Source: Bugula neritina (lineage: Eukaryota; Animalia; Bryozoa). Taken from it: 64,000 bases of DNA. The stretch spans positions 25,791,504 through 25,855,503 of the forward strand of contig OZ037765.1 of NCBI GenBank assembly GCA_964035545.1, given 5' to 3'. Of this stretch, positions 34,990 through 52,100 are shown in pieces. Below the pieces are notes generated by a model. That model saw only the letters and a list, made by a program, of their open reading frames with translations, ran no database searches and was not told the DNA's origin. Within the stretch, counting starts at the first letter, position 1. Every line of letters starts with the position of its first letter. The translations under genes and the position numbers were made by a program.

Positions 34990-36224
34990 ACTGTGATAGT
35001 AATACTCATAAACAATAGTCAATCATAGTGATCTCATACTGATGATAATTGGTACTACTTATGCGATCACACAATTATTGGTTGTGATGATCATTATCGT
35101 AATGATCATGATGATACATTTTGGTATAATAATTTTGATTTGTTTTACAATTTACCTATACTTATGCTTTCAGTAATAGTTACACTTGACTTACAGTATA
35201 AGCTGAAATAACCTAAGACTTTAAGTTTAACACTAATATATAAGTTTACTTATAATTATAATTTTAAGTCACTGTGATTGTAGGTGTATCACGATCATCT
35301 TATAAGGTTAGGTGTCCTACTTTTTAATAATTAACATTAAAATTAAATGCAACAGTAATAAGTAAATGTCATTGCATTTGTATACTCGTGAAAGATATCA
35401 TTACAGAGCCAGTAGTGATGCTGATAACTTGAGTAAAACAAATGAAGCTGTTCATGTTGGTTGTTGTGTAATTTCAATTATATCTTAGCAATTTCTAAGT
35501 ATTAGATCTGCCCAACATAATTATTTAAGATTGCTGTAATAGTTATAATAATAACCTTAGAACTTAGAGCACTTACAGTTTATCAATACTAATTATTATT
35601 CTATTTATGGCTACTATATTTATTAACTGTAGTGAAACAATGAAATATCAAATGTGTTTATGCATATATACACATGCATATACATGCATATTTGTAGAAT
35701 ATTATACATACACGAACGCAGATACACACATTATTTATATATGTGTGTGCTTGCGTGCGTGTTTATATGATGGCACATAGAAATATGCATATATATTTAT
35801 GTATGCCTAGTTTCCTTGCAGTCGAATAAATATGTGAACTGTAAAAAGTTGAGACTCTTTGATGCTAGTAGAACAATAGCAAAAATTATCATCAATGCAT
35901 GGTGCATGTCATTCTCTCAATCATCAGTTGCAACAACATTTCTACAGCTGTTTGTTATAAAAGGGATTGTGTTCAATGGCATTTTCCCAATTTGAAAAGA
36001 GTAGCTTCAACTAGTAAAGACAGAAAAGTGAATTCAATTCCTTTGAGTGATATTACATCAAGAAGTTAATTTCTTTTTGGTCTGTCGAAACTTGTTTGAA
36101 TGTCTTTGCAACTATTAGAAAGTTATTTCCTGGTTCCTGACTTAGTTTAACTAATTAGTGATTGGAATTCTAACATTTTGTCTTAAACATTGTATAATAT
36201 CGTGTAAATAAATGAGTATTGCAG

Positions 36225-39200
36225 ATGAGCGTTGAAGATGATAATGAATCTAAAAAAGCCCCGCTACTACAAACTTCATCCTCTGCCTCAGTCAGGTTTG
36301 TCTATGCATAAATTTATATGTAGTTGTTGATTTTCAATAAGCATCATTTTATTTTAAAAATTGATATATAATTGGAAATTTGATTAATTAACAAAATTTG
36401 GAGGTTTCGGTTGATATTTTAAAATTAGTAGAATACTGAATAGCAGGAATTAAGTTCAGTCCAACCACCCAGCAGTGAATTAATGTCAGATGAAACATTT
36501 CGAACATGCAAAGTATTCTCTATACACTTCATTCTGTAAGCTAATTATGGCTCAACCCAACTCTGTCTATTGGTTATATTTCCTTTCTATATACAGTCGA
36601 CGGCCTCTAATCTATGGGTCAATAAACTCTGATCCAGATGATGTAGAAGCTGTAAGAAATTCTGCCATTATAAGTCGCTACAAGTACTACAGTCGACTGG
36701 CCCCTCATCCCAACAACCCTATGGTGAGTCATCCATCCTCGCTGATATAAAGTCGTGTTGATGTATCGTGAGATTTTAGACTTTATATGCTCTTCATAAA
36801 AAGAGTGTTTATGCTTTCAATTATTATTCGTTAGTTAGCAAATCAATTATTTTAGTTAGTGCTAATCATTTAGCTGTGTATAATAATTATATGGAATTAA
36901 AATTTACCAAAATATTTGTTTTCAGCAGTAGAGTTATATTTCATATCAATAAACATTTATCATGCTTTTAAAATTTTTATTTGTATTATTTTCTTTATTG
37001 TAAAGTTGATTATTGTAATAAATATAACCTACCTACTAAAAAGTTGTATAGTTGAGTGTTTACCACAATATATTAATATACAATAACTGAAATGATAATC
37101 AAGTTGGTAACTAAGTAGTAAAAACAATTTACATTACAACTTGCTCAATGAAAACTCATTAAACTCTAGTCTAATGATAGCAACTAAAATTATTAGTTTT
37201 AAACTGTAAATTTCAAAATGATATTTTAACATTATATCAGATAAATCATTTTGTGTGTTAGAATTGTTTGAACTTGCATGATTATGACTTTTCTTGACTG
37301 TGTAAGCACTAGCAGATACAATATTTCAATTTGATATCTGTATGTAACATACTATCTGATTATTGTTGTATTGAGACACCCATACGTTACATTACATTCC
37401 CAGGTAATACCAGATCATGTAGTGCCCTCTGAACTATGGACACATATTCCAGTAAAACCTGCTGGTAAACAAGGCAGCCTCATCACAATGTAAGTCAAAG
37501 TTGGTAATGGAGAATTAAGAAAATCCTGTGCTCTGCATGAGAAATGTAGTAGAAGTAATATTTTTGCCCCAACCATGAATTTTTTTTAAAAACTAGGAAC
37601 TTGATTATTAAAATTTCTCAGTTAATGCATGTAAATGAAAAAGTTTGTGTTGCATGGCAGTAGAATGTTAAATACATTCACTTATTATAATCACCATACA
37701 AACAGCTTAGCCATAGGTCAATATTTTAAGGTTTAAACTTTAAGAATTGAACATAAGTGATTTGCATTATTGATCGCAATAGGCTAAAATCCTAAAGAGC
37801 ATGATTTTGTAAGGAGTGCCGTTACTTATACTAGTACTGCATATTACTTCTATCATGTTTCTATGCACTTTTATATACATTTGTATACCAATCTTATACA
37901 TTCTTCAAATACATGCATTTTTGCTTGGTAATAAGTTATTGCACCACTATATTATAGTAAAACAATTGTTTGCTTAGAGATTGTTAAAGTTTAAATTATT
38001 TCACCAAAGGGCTGCTTGCAACTTCTCCTAGAAAGATACAGGCTGACGTAAAATGTTTCAGTTGTATTAAATTATAAAAAATGCCATCTTTTTATTCACC
38101 TGATCAGTGAGCATTAAGCAAATAGCAGAGTTGATTGTGAGTAGAGATAATCTATTGAGTCTAACATAAACAACTTGGATTGTTAAATGAATTCAATTGC
38201 AATCTAGTTTTGTAGTTAGGCATAACTTAGCTAAATGAAGATGCTTTGTGTGGATGTGTTAGAGTAGATGAGTGTTTTACTCATTTATGCACCTTGTGCA
38301 CATGTACTAAGTATAGTTCTGTGATCACCATGATGTGTTGTTGATACTGATTGGTCTCAAGACCTTTTGACAAATTATTTTTGGGCCAGATGTTTTTACA
38401 TATTATTTAGTTACTTTTCAGGAAGAAACATGGTTAATCCTTGTACTTTTATGCTGATGAAACGCACTGCACTGTGTGTTTCAGGTTTTGATCTAAACAG
38501 ACTCTGATAAACAATGTTGAATGCTCATATTTACGATTCTTCGGCTCTCTACAGTTGCATCTCCCTCTTATGTTTTACAAACTGACAAATTTTTAGTTCA
38601 TTCAATTGGTTTTGTAAAATAATGTCTGTAAGATGTGTACCAGGTTTGTTATTCTGTTACCATAAGTTCTCTGTCTTCAGATTCAGCATATGGAACACCA
38701 TGATGGGCACATCTCTGTTGAGCATGCCATGGGCTGTGGGACAAGCAGGGTTTGCTCTTGGATTAGCTTTGCTGATTTTTATGGCTTTTTTAACTTTATA
38801 CACAGCATACCTGGTGATGAAGTCAGTTGATACAATCGGTAAGTTCTTAAAACCTTCAATCTTGTGCATTTCTTAAAATAACAAGCTTCTTAAACATATT
38901 TTTGTGTTAAATGTGATTAAGCATACTACTTTCTAAGCTCGTTGCTTTTTAATAAAATTGCTAATCAGCCATGAGTTGTGTTTGGTTGGTTTTTATGTTC
39001 TTTATTCTTCGAAAGAAGTTGCTACTAGTATACAGGATATGATGTCATCATTTAGAGCTGTGTTCTGTTGGTTTCTGCAGAGTATAAAGGGGGCGATGTA
39101 CTGGAGTTTTCAGACGTCTGCAGGCATTACTTGGGGAAGGTTGGAGAGAGTTCAGCAGTGATATTCTCAGTCATAGGACTCCTGGGCGGGGCTATTGTTT

Positions 39201-42200
39201 ACTGGGTGCTCATGTCAAATTTTCTCTTCAACGCTGTTTCTTTTATATACAGTAAGTTGTGTGGTTTTCTCTTCACTTTTTTAATTATCACCTGACATAT
39301 TTGATGGTGAATAGGTTTGATGGTGTTTCACATGCCTGCTCAAATTCAGCTCAGCTTTAATTGAATTTTTTTCTAAATGTTTAGATTTCTATATAAATTA
39401 ACTTTATAGTTTACTTTTGGTTGGTTTGTACCTTCAGATGATGTTCACGATGGTGCTGGTGCTACTGCGGACTCTAATCTCTCCTCACTCTACAGTGATA
39501 GTAAGTGTCTATTCATTATACTCATTTATGCACTACACTCTATACTTCATGAACGACATGCTAATAATTTGGTTATTGAATACTTTTCATTAACATAAGT
39601 GTTTGCAAAGGTTCTTTTTGGTAATATTTTACTATACTATTGCTCAATTTTGTTTTATTCATAATTGTTTTATATATATATGATTATTTTTCTGTTTTTA
39701 GAGTATATAAACTGTTCCAACCCGGACATTAAAACAACAAAAGATTATTCAATGACTCATCAATTCTCACCTGCTATTGATTCTCATAATATGACGACTA
39801 TAACGCCAGCTCCAGCTACTCCTTCTGACAAGATGTTTCATGATATTTGGAATCTTCACAATGTTCCATTTTTCCTACTTCTCGTTTTAGTTCCACTTAT
39901 TAACTTCAAGTCACCAACATTTTTTACAAAATTCAATGCTTTAGGTAAGTTTAGCTTGATTTGCTCAAGCTGAATGTGTTATGAATTTGTATACTTACTA
40001 GAAAAGTACTTCCTACCTGTTAGTATTTTCTTTATGTGGAATTTGCTCTATGCTGAATTGTAAATGTTACTCGTAAATTTCAACTTATTTATATATAATT
40101 TATAAATTTAAATGGTATATCTAGTATATAGTGAATGCGTTTATTATATACATGCCAATAGCTTGAGTATGGTTAAAGCCACGTGAATTTTTTTGACTAC
40201 CAAAATCTTTAGGCATGTGTTTATATAAATGAATGCTGTATACGGTAGTGTAAAATTCATTGTATATCAGTTCCTGCAGTCATTATCATCATGTCTGTAA
40301 CCTTGTTTAATGGTTTTACAAACATCTATGATCTATTTCTTGTGAAGGTTAGTGATAGCTTTATGCTAAATGTCACTTCAAGTGTGCTGGTAACACCCCA
40401 AATTGTTTTTTACCAAATTTATTTTTGTGGACATGTACTTGAGTTGTACATAAGATTTAGATTACCAATGGAGGAGGTTTATAATTTTGATTGCTGTGTT
40501 GACTTATTGCAAAAATTGTTTTTAAGCCTGTAGGGTTTGTTGGCCTCAAAAATTTCAGTTGAATGATTTGAAAGCTTGAAAGTAGTGCAGGAGCAATTCA
40601 AACTAGATGCCCTTTCTAATAACTGATAAACCTTCATAGAGTTTAGATCAATAGCTTACCATAACTGTATTAGGGTAGATTGGTGTGTATATAGTATATT
40701 TTGTTATTGTATAAGTTCTGATAGTATATACTTACCTAATTTTGTAGGCACCATATCCGTTCTCTACCTGCTTTTCTTTGTTACCTACAAGGCATGCATA
40801 TGGGGCTTCCATATGGATTTTTCCAAGGTTCCTGGAACTTGTAAGTGATTACTACAGGCTCTAAGTTGGAACTGATGCGATTAAAATTGAACAGACTTGG
40901 GTTTATGTAATTTGACCTCTGAATAACTTAATCTTATTTCTACTAGCTTATCTAAGCAAGTTACCATGTTTTATCTAGCTTCAGTTGCCTGTTTTCTACT
41001 GATGTATGACAAGTCACTCATATATCATACAGGAGCCTATTTTTAAGTTCTGTTATTGTTCTTGTAGATGCTAAACTTTCCTTTCCTGCCTTAACTGGTG
41101 TGCTTTCTTTGGCCTACTTTATTCACTGCTGTGTATTATCAATAGTAAGAAATCAAGCTAAACCTCAAAACAATGTAAGCAATTCTATTGTTTTCACATG
41201 TCATTTGTTACTCATTTATTTACCAATGTTACTTTCATCATAACAAATAAGTTTTTAGTATAGGAGGGTGAAAGTGTTTAACTAATGTATTATTAAGACA
41301 CCATTTGCACTTATATTATAATGTATTCATTCAACAGTTTTGTTTTTTAGTGTCATAGAATATGTCTCTAAAATATACAAATTATTATGGTATGTTGTTT
41401 GAGTAAATTTCAAACTTTTTGATACCAGAAGTAATTTTAGACCATAATTGTATTGAGATTTACTTATAGATGACAGTTGGGTATATTTATTGTATGGAAT
41501 ACATCAAGTAAACCAGAAATATGTTATTGTATTGTACTTGCAGGGGAGAGACTTGAGCATAGCTTTCTTCTGTGTAGCTCTCACGTACTGCTATGTTGGA
41601 GCTATGTTCTATGCCGCTTGGCCAATGAAAACAAAAGAATGCATTGACCAAGTAAGTTTGGTTCACCATTAAAGTTTAATATTGAAAAGTTTTTTTTGTG
41701 AAATCAGATCAGTTTCACTTTATGATATTTTTAAACAGTCAATAACTTATGCATGCAATATCACTTTATCAAAAGTTGAGATCTGAAGGAATAGTAGGGA
41801 TCATCTGGTACATTTATACTATTTTTGTAGAACCTGTTGAACAATCTGCTGACTTCAGATCCACTAGCTTTTGTTGCCAGAATCTTCCTCTTTGTACAGA
41901 TGCTTACCGTTTTTCCTCTTTTACTTTACATAATGAGGGTGCAAGTCATGCATGCTGTTTTTGGCTCTATTTGGCCCAGGTATGTATTGCATTTATTTCA
42001 TTGATAGGATATTGGCAGTTTTGTATGTGCTAAATATGTATGATTTAGCTCATAAATATGTTAATGTATTAAATTTGGAAGTATAATATAATATGTATTA
42101 TATGTATTATATAGTTTTAACATTGATGGCATATTTTTTGACAATATTTTTCTTGTCATAGAAATATCAGTAAATTGTGGCTCTTTCAGTTTCAAGTATA

Positions 42201-43057
42201 AATTGGGTATCTAGCTAATGAAGGCTCTGCTTATTTCAACAGCTCTAACCAACAGCGTATAACAACTCATAAGTTTAGGCTATGAACTGTTGTACTTTAT
42301 CTCCTAAATTTTAATTTCATTTTTAGTAGATTTCAGTTTCAAGTTTTCAGTCATAATTTACATGTACCAGTCAGTACCACGGCCTAATTACATGATGATT
42401 TTGTATTAGGAATATACTCTCAATAATTAGGAATGGTGTTTATAAATATGCACTGCTTTCAGTACTGTCTAGCTAATGCTGATTATTATGTAGAAGTAAA
42501 AAGTTAACCATAGTATTGAAGATCCCCTTCATTTTAAAAAAAATATGCAAAAATTGTGCTATTAATGTTTTGTTTAAAGCAATTGCCAAGTAACACAATA
42601 CCTGCCGGTGACATGTATTCTATAATATTGATTGTATTGCAGTTGGAAGCATGTTGTGGCAATGAATTTGATAATAGTTGGAATTTGTGTTGTGTTCGCC
42701 AGATTTTATCCAAAGATTGGATCCATTATTCGGTAAGTCTACTTGAAAACTTGTATAAAGAATGTGGATTATAATCTTACATACTTACTCACTTTTTGTG
42801 GGGTGATAATTTCTTTACATACAGGCTATTGAATATTTCCCAAAACCATAAGTTGGCAAGATTAAAAGCTGCTGCATACACATGTTTACAGGTACACTGG
42901 AGCATTTGTTGGTCTAGTCTACTCATTTTTCTTACCTTGTGCAACATATATACTCTCAGAGAAAGGTGCTGGTAAACTTACTGCAGTGAAAACCATTGTA
43001 CATGTTACAATAGTTGTGCTGGGGTTGGTTAACTTTATTGCTCAGTTTCTAGTATGA
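36225..43057 (+). CDS. SLC38A9: Lysosomal amino-acid transporter and mTORC1 sensor SLC38A9
   Basis: Spliced peptides RRPLIY..., [114 protein letters not shown]-stop (43055-43057); ATG at 36225 follows gcag. Confidence 0.95.
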
Positions 43058-43651
43058 ATATTGGATTTCTCAAATGCTCAATTAAGCCTTCCTATTTATG
43101 TCCAACAATTCATATTTTGAGGTTTAAACCATCCAGTTCTTTTTCATGTTTAAAATTTTTTGTACTGTGTTTATTTTTGAAATTATTGTGCACTTCTAGT
43201 TATAAGTCTTACTGCAAAATTTTGCCTACAAATAAAATAAATATATATATGGTAATAATTTTTATAGAAGAAAAAAAATATATATAAAGGTATAAAATGC
43301 TTTCAAATGTGTACTCTGTAATATACATATATTGGTAATTTTTTAAATTTATTTTATAAATACAAATCCAAATATATATAATTTTATATAATAAACTAAA
43401 TTTGTAATATACAATAATAACAACATGTATTTTATCTACTATAAAAATAAAGCATTGGCATTATATGCAATTATTTTTAAAGAGTGTTTTGTAGCCTATA
43501 TTAGGATTTCGTGCAAAGAGAATACAACAGATAAAACATATTAGAAAGAAAGACTTTGTGTGCAACAGTTTGATCTTTTTGTTAAGGCAGCAACTGCACA
43601 CAGTAAAATGTAGAGAGAGTGCAGTACAGGTAGGCTTACCACTGGTTTTAA

Positions 43652-45559
<1,908 letters not shown>

Positions 45560-46052
45560 GATGGACTACATGTGGACCCTTATCTCCCAGTTAATGACTA
45601 TACTATAGATATTTTCTATTCTAAAAATAAAAAAAATACTTCAAATGAAACAAAAGATATTTTTGTTTAATATATCTTTCTACCATATTAAAATTTATAC
45701 TCATCACAGGTCTTGATGCTATTTAATTAGGTTTTATGCTGTTTTATATGATGTTACATAAACACAAAAATTTCAACACCATCCTATATTAGCCATGAAG
45801 TAGATCAAACACATAACAACAATACAACAAACTATTAGAAACAAAGCAACTAACAAATATAATGTTACTGCTCATTCAAAAGGTGATGGCTGGTAAAATA
45901 AATATTATTAATACTAATAGTTGATAGACAATAATTTTTAAATATTCATTTTTGATTATCATGTATTATAATAATAACAACATAATTAAAATTAATATGT
46001 AATATATAAATTATATAATAATCATATAATAAATATAATATAACTAATTATT

Positions 46053-46292
46053 GGTTGTATCACAGCTTTTTAGCAGGTGTAACCTTCTATTATCGGCCTA
46101 GTTCCTCTAGAATGGGATGAATAGAACTTTCCTCAAGATGTGAGCTGATCCTAGTAAGGCTGTCCGCTAAATCAGTGGGTATTTGTTTTCAGCTACTCCA
46201 AGTAGTGCCATCCAGTATACATTCTTGTCTGAAGCTCCAAGAGCTCCAATTCAAATGGGGATGACTTTTGTTAATGTTTTCCAAAGGTGGGT
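46053..46292 (-). mobile_element. 5'-truncated, decayed 3' fragment of an RLE-type non-LTR retrotransposon (R4/Dong-like)
   Basis: Minus-strand translation HLWKTLTKVIPI*IGALGA...WMALLG...LI*RTALLGSAHILRKVL resembles the R4/Dong C-terminus (VIPVVIGALG...ALLGTAHILRKVL); two in-frame stops; adjacent to TAA repeats. Confidence 0.7.
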
Positions 46293-49120
46293 TAACTCTT
46301 ATTTATATTATTATTATTAGATTCATAAATTGAAATAATAATAAAAAATAGGTATCAGTAAAACTAAAAGTAAATGTAATAACTTAAAACTTTAAAGTGA
46401 GTTTAACTTTAACTAAGTCTGATGAGTAATAAGTAACCTATTAGTTGTTACTAAGTAATAACTAATAAGTTAATTGAATTTACTATTATTATTATCAACT
46501 ATTAGTATTACTGTAACTTATACAATAACTTACATATAAAGTTATAGTTATACTGTATAACTATAAGTATAAGTAACAACATTAACTACCACTATTAGTA
46601 TTAGTATTACTCTTAGTGATAGTGACCAAGTCTAGTACTGATAGTACTATTGCAAGTAGTACTATAGTTTATAAGTAAAAGTATAACTACAACCACAAGT
46701 ATACTTATACTTAGTCTGATAGCTATAACTATAAGTTAAAGTAGTCATAAGGATAGACTAAATCTATTGACATGTAGTTATAGTGTAAGATTAAGTAGTC
46801 ATACTCATAGTGATACCAATAGTACTACTAATAGTTATAGTAATACTAATTTTATAGCATAAATATTGTCATTGGATTTACTTTTACTTTTAGTTTATGA
46901 CTACTGACAATGTACTAACTTAAAATTAATCATAATTTAAATCTGAAGGTGAATCATTATGATTATGATTATCATTATGATTATGATTATCATCATCATG
47001 ATCATGATGATTATTATTAAGATAATCATAATGATTAGATTCACTTTCAGATTAACATCAAATGTAAAGCTTATCATTTTTTTGAAAAAAAAAAGCTGTA
47101 AATGAAGTTTTTGATGCAATCATGTGGAACAAAAAAATTAGTTAAAAGTGAACTTATAGCAAAAGTTGGGGCAAACTGGTCACCAAGAGTGAGAACAGTA
47201 TCAGTGTGAGTGTTAGTTTCCTTTTCTCTTTGGTAGGGAAAATTTCTCGACAGAGTTCACTGTAACAAAGGAAGAAAACTCTAACGTAAAAATATACTCG
47301 ATACATGACGTGATTAACTGGGCGAATAACTCCGTCATTCTAAACAGCATAACAAGGCTGCTGCTATCTTTGGACATTATGCTGCCATGTTAGGGTTATA
47401 ATGATCTGAGCGGTTTTGGCTTATGATATTTGATCAAGATTCATCACTGGATTTGTCACAAACCGTTCATGTTTTATTTACCAATTTCACGTATAGATGT
47501 ATTGTTGAATGGGTCATTATGGTGAGGTCGCTGTTGAGCTTATGAGACCCCCAAAAGAAGTGGTGGGGGGTATGTGATATGTATACCACTTAGTTTAGAC
47601 CATTGATTATACTCTCTTATGGTTAGCACTACAACATTTACCAGCTGCTCAAAATCCATTCTACTAATAATACATTATAGATGCTTGAAATTATTACCGT
47701 AACTAAAAAAATTGCTATGCTACACGCAATTGCAGTAATACTACTTATTATGGTGAAATAAGCTGATTTTTACATTTAGTTCTTACGGGTACTTATTTTA
47801 TCGTATTTTCAATTACTCCTACCCCATGAAACTACACCTCACTTAAACGCCGTACAACTATAAACAACTAAAAAACACCTAATCCTGATAAACTTTTAAA
47901 AATAATTATAAACCTTTTGTGACAATTGAGCAATATAATAAATAATTTTATTCAACTTACTTATTTTGCTATTCAACAATACCTGTTCACTATCACATGC
48001 TTTTGCCAAGTGGCTGTATTTGAAATCAAGGAATAAGCTATAGGTGCAGCTTGTCTGTAAAAAGCTCTGGATATAGCTCAACGTAAAGGCTTTGCATAAA
48101 TTTCACTACACCTATTACATTAGATTCGCTATATTAATATAAACACTAAAGTAGCATTCAGAGCACTAAATTCCTGAACTGCTCTATCGTGCCGTGGGCA
48201 CTATCATATTAAATAAGTTTCATGATGACTTGGAGTTACAATGTCTCAGTTGTAGATCAATTGTGACTATAGTTTATAAATGCAATGTTTTCTTTCTATA
48301 TCATTAAACATACTGGTTTTCTCTCTCTAAAAAGGATTTTAGGTAGATTATTGAAATAAATGCTTTATGCTAGTTTGTGTTATAAAATTAAACTTACAGC
48401 ATATAATGTAATATCATTTATTACGCCATGTTGTTGTACTTTTTGTGTACCAATAGCTGAAACTCAGAGCTTACTGAAATTAGCCAGCCTAACCTGTAGT
48501 GAACTATGAAAGTGTACTTTTCAATATAAGAAAACCAACATGCTGAAAGAATGTCATACTCATATATTTACTTCCCATAAAATGGAATTTCTATTCCTGT
48601 TGCACATATTGGTATAAATTTAGTAAACTACAAACTGCCTAGCAATATGGAGACAATGAATTGTTGAAGACTAGTATTAAATAGGTTTATTTCATTAGTA
48701 GTTGAAGATTTATATTAAGGTTGAGTTCATTTAATTAGCTAAATTGTAAATCATGAAAGCTTACATCAAATATCAGAGTAAGAGATTTACATACATCAAG
48801 TATAAAAGCTTAAGAAATACAACTGGTAATATATATACGCATATATATAATTTATATACATAATTTATATATATACACATATATAAATTATTCAAACAGT
48901 TTGTAGCAAATGGAAACAATTTAACAAGAAATTTGATTAGCAATTGATGGATTTTCAGGTATAAAATAAAATTATAGGACACTGCTTGCTACCTTATTTA
49001 TAACATTAAAAGTAAATTTTCCATGGTATCAGCTAAGGAAATATGACTTTTGTTGTATTATAGCACCGAAATATCTGCATAAAGAGAACTAGAGATTGTC
49101 AGTATAAGCAGAAGTGACAA

Positions 49121-52100
49121 CTAATTAGCTTTAGAAGATGAACTTTGACCTTTGTAAACCCAACTGCTTATCTCTCCAGATCGTTGAAAGTACTACAACA
49201 GAAATATCCTTGAGTCAATTGCTAAACTGCACCACACAGCAACACTATTGCAATGTGCCTAGAGTTGTGTTACTGTTAAAATGTAGGCAATAAATATTAG
49301 ATAGGGAGGTTAAAATAATTAAACTTTCAGGGACTAGTTTTAAGAGTTGTCTTCTCAGCAGAAGAAGTAATTTCTACTAGCTTTAATCGGACTCGTCACC
49401 CGATAAGCTTTGCTACTAGCAGGGCCAGAAGCTAAAAATAGTCTAACCCAAAAAACCTGCTTCAAGTTCTCAATTCTATAATTAAAGTAGTCTTGAAATG
49501 TTTAATGCATACAGTAAAGTCCACTGACATTATAAGAAACTTGACTTACTTTTGTAGGAAAAGGAAGTCCTTTATCTTTCCTATGTTTTTCTTCTTCACG
49601 TTGTTTACTTTCCAACTAAAATTATAGAAAAACAATACAAAATCTATAAAGACAAATAAATTTAATGCAAAATAAAAAGCATTAATAATGATTACCTACA
49701 ATACTAATTTTATCAACAAGACTACATAAGTACCACCTATATTATAGTATATATGAATTATGTAAGCTTTTTCATGTATGAAAAATCAATGATTTAAAGC
49801 TAGATAACTACTATCTTTTAGGACAACAAAAGTTAATTGATAAACCAAAACTTACTAATTAATATTGATTAGCTACTTCCATATCAAAGTTTCATTGCAA
49901 TTTTACCAACAGTAACCATGCTTACTCAGGCACAATATGATTACAGCTAAGCTTAAGTTTTTACAAACCAGTGATTTGTGTTCGGTAGCTGTAGAAATAT
50001 CATTGAGACGCAATGCATTGGTCACATGGCGCCAGAGATTTCTAGACTCGTAATCCCCTTGTTTAGAGAGAGGCCTAACTTTCTTCTTGTGTACAGGAAG
50101 TGTCTGTGTGTCTATCACATACACGCCGGACTGCAAGTACAAACACACTGCATATATCACACTAATAAATGCATATATTATGTATATAACATACAGACAA
50201 TATCCTTTCTAATACATGGTATATAACCAATATTGTGTTTGTTGGCTTGGGCTACAAAGGGCAGTAGCAGAATTTAACCAAAATAAAAGAAAGCACTAAA
50301 ATATTGCAATTTATTTGAGAGGTCAGAATAATTTGAGTCTAAATGTTGAAGCTCATTAAAGGTGGATACGTATAAATCTGTTTTATGGAATAATTTTTTG
50401 CAAAAGGAGTTGCCCATAAAACAGCATCAACCCAAACTATACACCTAAAATACTTAGACTAACGAAGTCAAACAAAAAGCAGTATGTTGGCATGTAAAGT
50501 TGAAATACTCATTAGTGTGATATTAGATAATAAATGTACAAAACACACCTGAGAAGAAAACTCCATTGCACCGTTCCATGTGCCTGAAATCCTAGTATAT
50601 ATCGTACCATCAGGGCACTTGATGTCTCCACTCACCCGGTGCAATTTGCCGCCGTAAAAAGGCTAAAACATTAAACAGAGAATCAAACCCTGTGGTGATG
50701 TGAAGAGCTACTTCTCTCATTAAAGTTAACCGATAAAATTTAAAGCTGAGCTCCAGAATCTGTCTCCAGTAGGTTTAATGCTCACAACAACTGTTTACCT
50801 CTCAAACAACATAAATACTTATCAACTAAGTCAACTACAAAGTGGTTTTGGCTGAACAGGCAACATAATAGTGTAAAGCTATTCCCAACACACTTCTTGT
50901 AAAGTACAAGTTGTGTAGAGCTCATTGTAACACACTGCTTACCTTAGTGTGAAATATAATAGACGCAGAGTAGCCGGTTTGCTTGCAGGTTATACTGCAT
51001 TTGTCACCCAGTTCTACCCAAGGGTACGTGAGTATTGATCGCGCATAAGCACTGGGCAGAGTCAGGACATACTCCTATAAACACAGTAGCATCCATACAT
51101 ACAACCTTTCAAGTTGAATAAGTGACAATATCATTAATTTATAACATAAACCAAACAAATACTATCACTATGTGCAGTTTAATTGTCATCTGCATATAAC
51201 TTAACTTCTATATAACTTATATTACCAGTCTAGTAGATTTTTGTTTTGTTCATATAACAGAGAATAATGAGTACAGAGGAGAAGCTAAAAATACACACCT
51301 CCTTGTATTCTGGGAGGAACAGGCGAAGATTGCCGATAAGAGTCACTCCAATAGACATGCCCATAAATTTAGACTTTGTCCACAAAGAGCCTGTCATGTG
51401 TATTTGCTTCTCAGGACAGGTTATATGAAATGCTGATACTGAAACAATCAATATATTTTATAATCCAATTAATGTAAAATTTGTACAATTTATATAAATT
51501 CCTGAAGACAAAACTAGAGAAGTTCAAAGCCACCATATTATAGCTGTCAGTAAAATCCCACGGCTCTGCTGATAATGTTAGCCAATATCCGCAGTGACAA
51601 CCAAGCAGTAACATAAATATTTAATGACATTTTGAATAAAAATAAGAAATTATATACAGTAGCATTGATGCCTAATGTATTGTCTAATACTCAGCATTAG
51701 GGTAAAAGCACGATATGCGTACACACACGTGTCAAGGGAATTGAATACAGGTCATCAAGATGTATTATTAGCTCATTAATGTACGGGCATCAGCTACATG
51801 CGTGGAAATGGTGATAGGATGCCATTTGTTGTAAAGTACTTAATGTTGTGTTCTTGTTATTTGTTAAACAAGAGTAACAGTAAGATTAAGCATGTATAAG
51901 TAAGATTGGCTGTAGAGTAGAATGTATGACTGTATTGTATTGAAGCTAACAAGTAACTGACATAAAAATACATGTAGATAAACAGTGACAGAATAACAAC
52001 TGGCTTGTATATTGATATGGCAAAAACTGTATATAATGAGTTTAAACAAATAGACATTAGAATAAAAAAGTAACCGAGCACATAAAATGTGGTATGTCAT

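Noticed and set aside
38455-38485. Other CTGATGA sites (also 31681, 46419, 62605, 63318) as hammerheads
   Set aside because: No stem II followed by GAAA and no NUH plus stem I pairing.
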